Of a stretch of DNA of 12,167 nt, positions 6,962 through 12,167 are shown in pieces. The DNA comes from Cyanobacteria bacterium J06626_4. GTDB taxonomy: Bacteria > Cyanobacteriota > Cyanobacteriia > Phormidesmidales > Phormidesmidaceae. The stretch's first letter is position 1; each line of letters opens with the position of its first letter. A model generated the notes under the pieces. That model had not been told where the DNA came from. It worked only from the letters and a program-made list of their open reading frames with translations, and ran no database searches. The DNA lies in contig JBCBJQ010000145.1 in NCBI GenBank assembly GCA_038523235.1, positions 1-12,167 of the forward strand, read 5' to 3'. The translations under genes were made by a program, and so were the position numbers.

Positions 6962-7029
6962 GTTATTCTCAAAGCGCTGCGGTGCCGTCAGCGTCATTGA
7001 TCGACGACCCTCTGACGGCATTAGTAACT
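6962..7029 (+). promoter_or_regulatory. Upstream motifs shared with the repeat in front of the first amidohydrolase
   Basis: CTCAAAGCGCTG (6968-6979) vs CTCAAAGTGCTG (4436-4447); CCCTCTGACG-N3-TTAGTAACT (7008-7029) vs CCCTCTGACG-N3-TTGGTAACT (4472-4493). Confidence 0.6.
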
Positions 7030-7059
7030 CACGCGGCATAACGCTTCTGAGGCCAAGTG

Positions 7060-8337
7060 ATGTCCCAATCTGCTTCCCTAGCTCCCTCAACAACGCCCTT
7101 AGCCGATCTGCAAATCAACTGCGATCGCCTCTTGCACCGATTAGATCAGCTCGCCCAAATTGGCGCTATTGCCGGTGGTGGGGTGTGTCGGCTGGCGCTC
7201 ACCGATGAGGACAAAGCGGGTCGTGATTTGGTGGTGAGCTGGATGCGGGAACTCGGACTCACTATCACGATTGACCAATTGGGTAACGTCGTGGGGACTC
7301 GTCCCGGCTTGGTCGCAGGAGCGCCGGTAATGACGGGCTCCCATATCGATACGGTCGCCACCGGGGGCCGGTATGACGGCAACTTGGGGGTGCTAGCGGG
7401 TCTGGAAGTCATGGCCACGTTGAATGAGCACAATATCCAAACTCGACATCCCCTGGCGGTGGCCTTTTTTACCAACGAAGAAGGCGCGCGGTTTCACCCC
7501 GATATGATGGGCAGTTGGGCATTTAGCGGCGGCTTGTCCAGCGCTGCCGCCCTGGCAGAAGTCGGCACTGATGGCGCTACGGTGGCCGCAGAGCTAGCCC
7601 GCATTGGCTATGCCGGTACAGTGCCCTGCGGTAGCCAGCCGGTCAAAGCCTTTGTGGAACTCCATGTGGAACAGGGGCCAGTGCTGGAGCAGTCAGGGGT
7701 GCAAATTGGGGCCGTCACCGGGGTGCAGGGCATGTCTTGGCAGAAGTTGGCGATTAAAGGAGTCTCTAACCACGCGGGCACTACGCCGATGTCCCTCCGT
7801 CACGATGCAGGCTATGGAGCCAGCGCGATCGCCGTCGCTGCCCGCGAACTGGCGCTGTCTATGGGCGGCAATCAGGTCGCGACAGTCGGGGCCATTCAAC
7901 TAAAACCCAGCTTGGTCAATGTGATTGCCAAAGAAGCTCGCATGACCGTCGATTTGCGCAATACCGACGCGGCCCTGTTGAAACAGGCCGAAGCTCAACT
8001 AGCAGAACAGATTGAGGCGATCGCTCAGAAAGAAGGCCTCAACGTCACGAGTCGCTCTCTGGCTCGCTTTGAGCCCGCCACCTTTGACCCAGTGATGGTA
8101 GAGCAGGTAGTGCAAACGGCGCAAGCGCTAGGCTATTCGGCCAAACGGCTACCCAGCGGCGCGGGGCATGATGCGGGCATGATTGCGGCGATCGCCCCGA
8201 CCGCCATGATTTTTGTCCCCAGTGTTAACGGCCTCAGTCACAACGTCAAAGAATATACCGCTCCTGAAGACCTCGCCAACGGTAGCAATGTGCTTTTGCA
8301 AGTACTTTTACAGCTAGCTAGCCCGCATTCCGTGTGA
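7060..8337 (+). CDS. M20-family Zn-dependent amidohydrolase, second paralog (N-carbamoyl-L-amino-acid hydrolase / ureidopropionase type)
   Basis: GSHIDT, GRYDG, NEEGARF, ELHVEQG, NHAGTTPM, SGAGHDA, SHNVKEYT. Start is ATG 7060 or GTG 7057. Confidence 0.93.
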   Translation: MSQSASLAPSTTPLADLQINCDRLLHRLDQLAQIGAIAGGGVCRLALTDEDKAGRDLVVSWMRELGLTITIDQLGNVVGTRPGLVAGAPVMTGSHIDTVATGGRYDGNLGVLAGLEVMATLNEHNIQTRHPLAVAFFTNEEGARFHPDMMGSWAFSGGLSSAAALAEVGTDGATVAAELARIGYAGTVPCGSQPVKAFVELHVEQGPVLEQSGVQIGAVTGVQGMSWQKLAIKGVSNHAGTTPMSLRHDAGYGASAIAVAARELALSMGGNQVATVGAIQLKPSLVNVIAKEARMTVDLRNTDAALLKQAEAQLAEQIEAIAQKEGLNVTSRSLARFEPATFDPVMVEQVVQTAQALGYSAKRLPSGAGHDAGMIAAIAPTAMIFVPSVNGLSHNVKEYTAPEDLANGSNVLLQVLLQLASPHSV

Positions 8338-8472
8338 CGTCAGTTCAACAGCCTAAAAGATAGCCTCAGGGAGAGCAGTTAGCTATTTGACCTCAAGAGA
8401 TTACGCGGGTTTCTTCTCTTGATCGGTGTAGGCCACCAAGACCACCAGGAAGTTAAAGGGACTGCAATGTCG

Positions 8473-9247
8473 GGCGTTGCATAATTAGGGGCTGTTCATG
8501 AGGTTGAGTGATGGAGTGCCCCGATTGTCAATCCCAGCACATCCGCAAGAACGGTCAACGCCGAGGCAAACAAAATCACCGCTGCGTTGACTGTGGTCGT
8601 CAATTTGTGGCGAATCCCCAAACACACCGGGGCGATGATGACGCAACGCGCCGTCTGTGTCTGAAACTGTCCGTCAATGGTCTGGGCTTTCGCGCGATTG
8701 AGCGGGTCACGGGCGTTCACCACACGACCGTCATCACGTGGGTGAAGCAAATTGGCACCTTGCTCTCCGATGCCTACGACCCAGAAGTGATCCCCGCAGT
8801 GGGTGAACTGGATGAGTTGCAGACCTTTGTGGGGGCCCAAAACACAAAGTTTGGATTTGGACCGCCGTCAACCATTTCCGTCCCGGCATTTTAGCTTGGG
8901 CCATGGGTGACCGGAGTGCAAAAACGTTCGAGCGAGGGTGGCGTATTGTGGGTGCTTGGCAAGGCTATTTCTATGTTACGGATGGCTGGAAGGTTTACCC
9001 CCAGTTCATTCCGGCAGGGGAACAGATGGTGTCGAAGACCGACATGACGCGCGTAGAAAGAGAGAATACGCGGTTGCGCCACTACTTGGCTCGGCTGCAT
9101 CGCAAGACATTGTGCTATTCCAAGTCACTCGCGATGCTTCAGCATTCACTGAGACTGTTGATTCATTACCTCAAATTCGGGGAGGTCCCGGTGCCTTTCA
9201 GGGCTGCCACGGTCACTGCATGATTCATCCCTGAAATCAGCAACGCC
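8473..9247 (+). mobile_element. IS1-family insertion sequence (775 bp), probably defective
   Basis: Imperfect terminal inverted repeats GGCGTTGCATAATTAGGGGCTG / CATCCCTGAAATCAGCAACGCC enclose InsA- and InsB-like frames. No target-site duplication is visible. Confidence 0.9.
8511..9223 (+). pseudogene. IS1-family transposase (InsA 8511-8894 + InsB in the -1 frame to 9223), slippery site degenerate
   Basis: Zn finger CPDC...CVDC, HTH GLGFRAIERVTGVHHTTV and ELDELQTFV in frame 0. The -1 frame reads KHKVWIWTAVNH...VTDGW...RVERENTRLRHYLARLHRKTLCYSKS. The junction is CAAAACACAAA (8838-8848) rather than an unbroken A run. Confidence 0.8.
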
Positions 9248-9525
9248 AATTTATTTATCAGGGCACGAATCAAGATCCGGTCAGCCATCCCCACAGCCCG
9301 ACGAGTTCCCTAACGCTAGAGTCACCTCCCGATTTTGCCGTGAGCTTCAAGGCCATGCCGTCTCAGTGGCAAGCACAATTGTATGAGGCGGCCTGCGGTC
9401 TGGAAGGCAAAAAGGTGCAGTGCCTGATTCAGGAAATCCCCCTGGAGCAAGCTGCCCTGGCGGCAAAACTACAGGCATTGGTGGCAGGCTATCAGTTCAA
9501 CGAGATGATTAAATTGTTGCCGTAG
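9248..9525 (+). pseudogene. C-terminal remnant of a hybrid histidine kinase/response regulator, cut at the IS1 right end
   Basis: Frame is open from the IS end: FIYQGTNQ...AMPSQWQAQLYEAACGLE..VQCLIQEIP...LAAKLQALV..YQFNEMIKLL*. From memory this matches the helical tail that follows the receiver domain in cyanobacterial hybrid kinases. Confidence 0.65.
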
Positions 9526-9717
9526 ACAATACGTGACTTTACCTACAAGTTGGACAGTTACAGAAGCGTAAAGTGAACACATCTAATCCACTTGCAAGCA
9601 CTCTAAAGTTCAAAATTGCACTCTGCCAGCCCATCGCTTTTCGCATAACCTGAACGAAGTTGAATTGTGGAAGCATAAGTCACAAAATTCAACGCGATCG
9701 CAATAGTAATAATTTAA

Positions 9718-9798
9718 TGCGGATGGCGAGACTCGAACTCGCACAGCAAAGCCACACGCCCCTCAAGCGTGCGTGTCTACCAATTCCACCACATCCGC
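9718..9798 (-). tRNA. trnL: tRNA-Leu (anticodon GAG), CCA not encoded
   Basis: Minus strand reads GCGGATG TGGTGGAATTGGTAGACAC G CACGC TTGAGGG GCGTG, long variable arm, GCGAG TTCGAGT CTCGC CATCCGC A. Acceptor, anticodon and T stems pair. Confidence 0.97.
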
Positions 9799-10128
9799 GT
9801 GGGAAGGTTACGGTGCTCAGAGGGATTGCAAGAACCGTTTAATAAAGATAGCTCAGATCGGCGCATTTTCGATGGCAAAATCTGAGCGGCTAAGTCTCAG
9901 CGTCGTTCTTGCTGGTGCGCTGGGTGAACGGTGTAGCGACCTGACCACAAGCCTATCCGCCGTTCGATACATAGCGGTAGAGTAGGAGGCATTGTTTTAG
10001 CGCAGTCACCGATCTGATTGGGGCAAGACTGCGGGCTAGAACGCTTGTACGACATGGGAGTTTCCCTTGAATCCGTGTCGTCGGCGAACTGGCCAACACT
10101 ACATTCCAGCGAGGTGGCAACGTTAGCG

Positions 10129-11694
10129 ATGGTTCATCTTCAGGTGCCGAGCCGGGGCGTGGTGGCAGCGGGGCATGCCCTCACGGCGGAAGCGGGTGCC
10201 GCCATGTTAAAGCAGGGGGGCAACGCCTTTGACGCCGCGATCGCAGCCGTGATGACGGCCTGGGTAACCGAGTCAGTGCTGACGTCAGCGGGGGGCGGGG
10301 GCTTTTTGCTGGCACACACGGCAGCGGGTGAAAATCGCCTGTTTGATTTCTTTACGCAAACGCCCCGCCGCAATCGCTTGAGCCAAGCGCCTGACTTTTA
10401 CCCCATCCACGCGAACTTTGGCGATACGGTGCAAGAGTTTCACATTGGCTTGGGCTCCATGGCCGTGCCGGGGGCGATCGCCGGACTGCTGCAGGTGCAT
10501 GACCAGTTGGGACAGCTGCCCTTGGCCGCGATCGCCGAGCCTGCGATTCACCATGCCCGAGCGGGGGTGACGGTAACCCCTTTTTTGGCCTATGTGTATA
10601 CCGTGCTGAAACCGATTTTGACCGCTTCCCAAGCGGTGCGTAGTCTGTATGCGCCAGCCGGTCAGCTGCTGACAGCGGGGGATACTCTAGTGATGCCGGC
10701 CTTGGCGGATGCTCTGACACAGCTGGTAAAGGAGGGGACATCTTTTTTTTATGAGGGCGCGATCGCTCAGCAAATCGCCCAAGATTGCCAAACGGCGGGC
10801 GGCTATCTCACGCGAGCAGATTTGCAGCAGTATCAGGTGATCGAGCGCCAACCGCTGAGTCTGCGCTATCGGAATGCGACGGTGGTGACGAACCCACCCC
10901 CAAGTTCGGGGGGAGCACTGATTGGGTTTGCCCTGAAGCTGTTGTCGCAGGTTGACCTGCATCGCATGGCCTACGGCTCACCCGAGCATTTGACCAGCTT
11001 GACGAACGTAATGGCTTTGACCAATGCGGCGCGTCGTCAAGGGTACGACAATCGACTGTATGAACCGGGGGTAGCCGCTGCGTTTTTGGCTGACGAGCAG
11101 CTGTGGCCCTATCAAGAAACCCTCAAGGGCACGGTGAATCGGTTAGGCAGTACGACCCATGTGAGCGCGATCGATGCGGAGGGGAATGCGGCCAGCGTGA
11201 CAACCTCCAATGGGGAGGGGTCGTCTTACGTGATTCCGCACACGGCGATTATGGTCAACAACATGCTCGGCGAAGAAGATCTGCATCCCCACGGCTTTCA
11301 TCAATGGAAGGTGAATCAGCGAATTTCGTCGATGATGGCGCCGACCCTGATTCTCAAAGACGGACGACCGCGATGGGTGCTGGGCTCGGGGGGCTCTAAC
11401 CGCATTAGAACGGCAATTTTGCAGGTAATTTCCAACGCGCTGGATTTTGATATGCCGTTGACTGACGCCATCATGGCCCCGCGTCTGCATTGGGAGCGCG
11501 GGACGTTGCATGTGGAACCGGGCTATGCGGCTGATATTGTGGCGCGGACCCAACCGGCGGAGACAACGGAAGCGATCGCCTGGCAGCAGCAAAATATGTT
11601 TTTTGGTGGGGTAAATGCGGTGGCTTGTGATGAGACTGGGGCCATGCATGGAGCAGGCGATCTGCGGCGGGGTGGCGCGGTGGCGATCGCCTAG
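10129..11694 (+). CDS. ggt: Gamma-glutamyltransferase family protein (Ntn hydrolase)
   Basis: GGNAFDAAIAA, SAGGGGF, AVPG, NPPPSSGG, nucleophile motif STTHVSAIDAEGN, NNML, SMMAPT, GSGGS. Start uncertain: ATG 10129 follows GAGGTGG; alternatives are 10054 and 10018. Confidence 0.92.
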   Translation: MVHLQVPSRGVVAAGHALTAEAGAAMLKQGGNAFDAAIAAVMTAWVTESVLTSAGGGGFLLAHTAAGENRLFDFFTQTPRRNRLSQAPDFYPIHANFGDTVQEFHIGLGSMAVPGAIAGLLQVHDQLGQLPLAAIAEPAIHHARAGVTVTPFLAYVYTVLKPILTASQAVRSLYAPAGQLLTAGDTLVMPALADALTQLVKEGTSFFYEGAIAQQIAQDCQTAGGYLTRADLQQYQVIERQPLSLRYRNATVVTNPPPSSGGALIGFALKLLSQVDLHRMAYGSPEHLTSLTNVMALTNAARRQGYDNRLYEPGVAAAFLADEQLWPYQETLKGTVNRLGSTTHVSAIDAEGNAASVTTSNGEGSSYVIPHTAIMVNNMLGEEDLHPHGFHQWKVNQRISSMMAPTLILKDGRPRWVLGSGGSNRIRTAILQVISNALDFDMPLTDAIMAPRLHWERGTLHVEPGYAADIVARTQPAETTEAIAWQQQNMFFGGVNAVACDETGAMHGAGDLRRGGAVAIA

Positions 11695-11857
11695 TGCTCA
11701 GCACCCTACTATCCAGAAGCTTTACGAAGCAAAGGATATAGACTTTGAAAGTTGAAACGTTAAAGCAACAGACGTCCGCATCTTTCGGATCAGGCCAACT
11801 AGCCCACCAGATCGCGCTGAGATACACTTACCAGTCCTCATGGGGGAGAGCCGCGAG

Positions 11858-12166
11858 CTACGCCTGTGCCAGAGCATGATCGATCTCTGAGGATTCTTGG
11901 CTATAGAGCGAATTGAGACTTGCCAGGAGTGACTGATGCCTTGGAAATTTCTGTTGTCCATGAGAATTTACTTCTAGAGAGTATAAATCTACAAGTTTAT
12001 TTGACACAAACTTATGAGGATGTTGTCTTTCCTGAATAGGAAGAGGCACTATAGGGCTCGCGTCGTAGTCCTTTAACATAGTTTTTCCGCTGTCACCACT
12101 TTTACCAACAGAGTTGCTATTGATAAAAGTGATGACCTTTAGCATGCAGTAGATGGTTCTCTCAGT
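11858..12166 (-). CDS. Probable 3' end of an unknown gene entering from the right edge
   Basis: Frame stays open upstream of ATG 12145 to the window edge (TERTIYCMLKVITF...); no recognisable motif. Confidence 0.4.
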   Translation of the reverse strand, partial: TERTIYCMLKVITFINSNSVGKSGDSGKTMLKDYDASPIVPLPIQERQHPHKFVSNKLVDLYSLEVNSHGQQKFPRHQSLLASLNSLYSQESSEIDHALAQA

Positions 12167-12167
12167 G

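Larger units (their letters stand above)
2297..11690. repeat. Dispersed HIP1 octamers (GCGATCGC), about 20 copies
   Basis: Seen at 2297, 2462, 2483, 3421, 3967, 4589, 5482, 5569, 6892, 7121, 7825, 8017, 8188, 9694, 10237, 10474, 10528, 10759, 11572 and 11683. None seen in 1-2219 or in the IS1. Confidence 0.9.

Noticed and set aside
8343..8384. GTTCAAC...GTTAGCT after the second amidohydrolase as another attC
   Set aside because: Only 42 bp long and no complementary L boxes.
8393..8422. TCAAGAGA/TCTCTTGA inverted repeat as intrinsic terminator
   Set aside because: AT-rich 8-bp stem, 14-nt loop and no following U tract.
9718..9760. tRNA-Leu 3' end as attachment site of an integrated element extending left
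   Set aside because: No duplicate of the tRNA 3' end and no integrase seen in the window; cannot be excluded beyond the left edge.
9660..9985. Plus-strand ORFs 9660-9842 and 9773-9985
   Set aside because: Both overlap the tRNA-Leu gene or its upstream region on the opposite strand and show no protein motifs.
10129..11694. GGT as an HpxW-like oxamate amidohydrolase in a purine pathway with the M20 enzymes
   Set aside because: Separated from them by an IS, a pseudogene and a tRNA, and the IS may have created the adjacency; no other purine-catabolism genes are present.
4437..11961. Numerous short overlapping or antisense ORFs in the ORF track (e.g. 5657-5944, 6879-7208, 8496-8840, 11143-11649, 11722-11961)
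   Set aside because: They are shadows of well-supported GC-rich genes or repeats, or lack any motif; 5657-5944 is largely a translation of the hairpin repeat.

Overview
Cyanobacterial genomic window: about 20 HIP1 octamers (GCGATCGC) by eye, and gene families typical of filamentous cyanobacteria. The left ~4.4 kb is an accessory stack. It holds a 5'-truncated NB-ARC/TPR gene, an AbrB-VapC toxin-antitoxin pair and a DUF433-DUF5615(PIN) pair. These are punctuated by integron attC-like sites (one intact, two halves, one decayed; no integrase in view) and by diverged ~135-165 bp copies of the promoter plus first ~13 codons of the downstream M20 amidohydrolase gene. The two orphan copies break off at the HIP1 site inside that gene, and copies 1 and 3 begin at an attC crossover point. 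The rest of the window has two M20 N-carbamoyl/allantoate-type amidohydrolase paralogs around a PLP Thr/Ser-dehydratase-family gene, a REP-like nested hairpin, a decayed IS1 next to a hybrid histidine kinase remnant, tRNA-Leu(GAG), a gamma-glutamyltransferase, and probably the 3' end of an unknown minus-strand gene. All alignments and counts were done by hand; no databases were searched.
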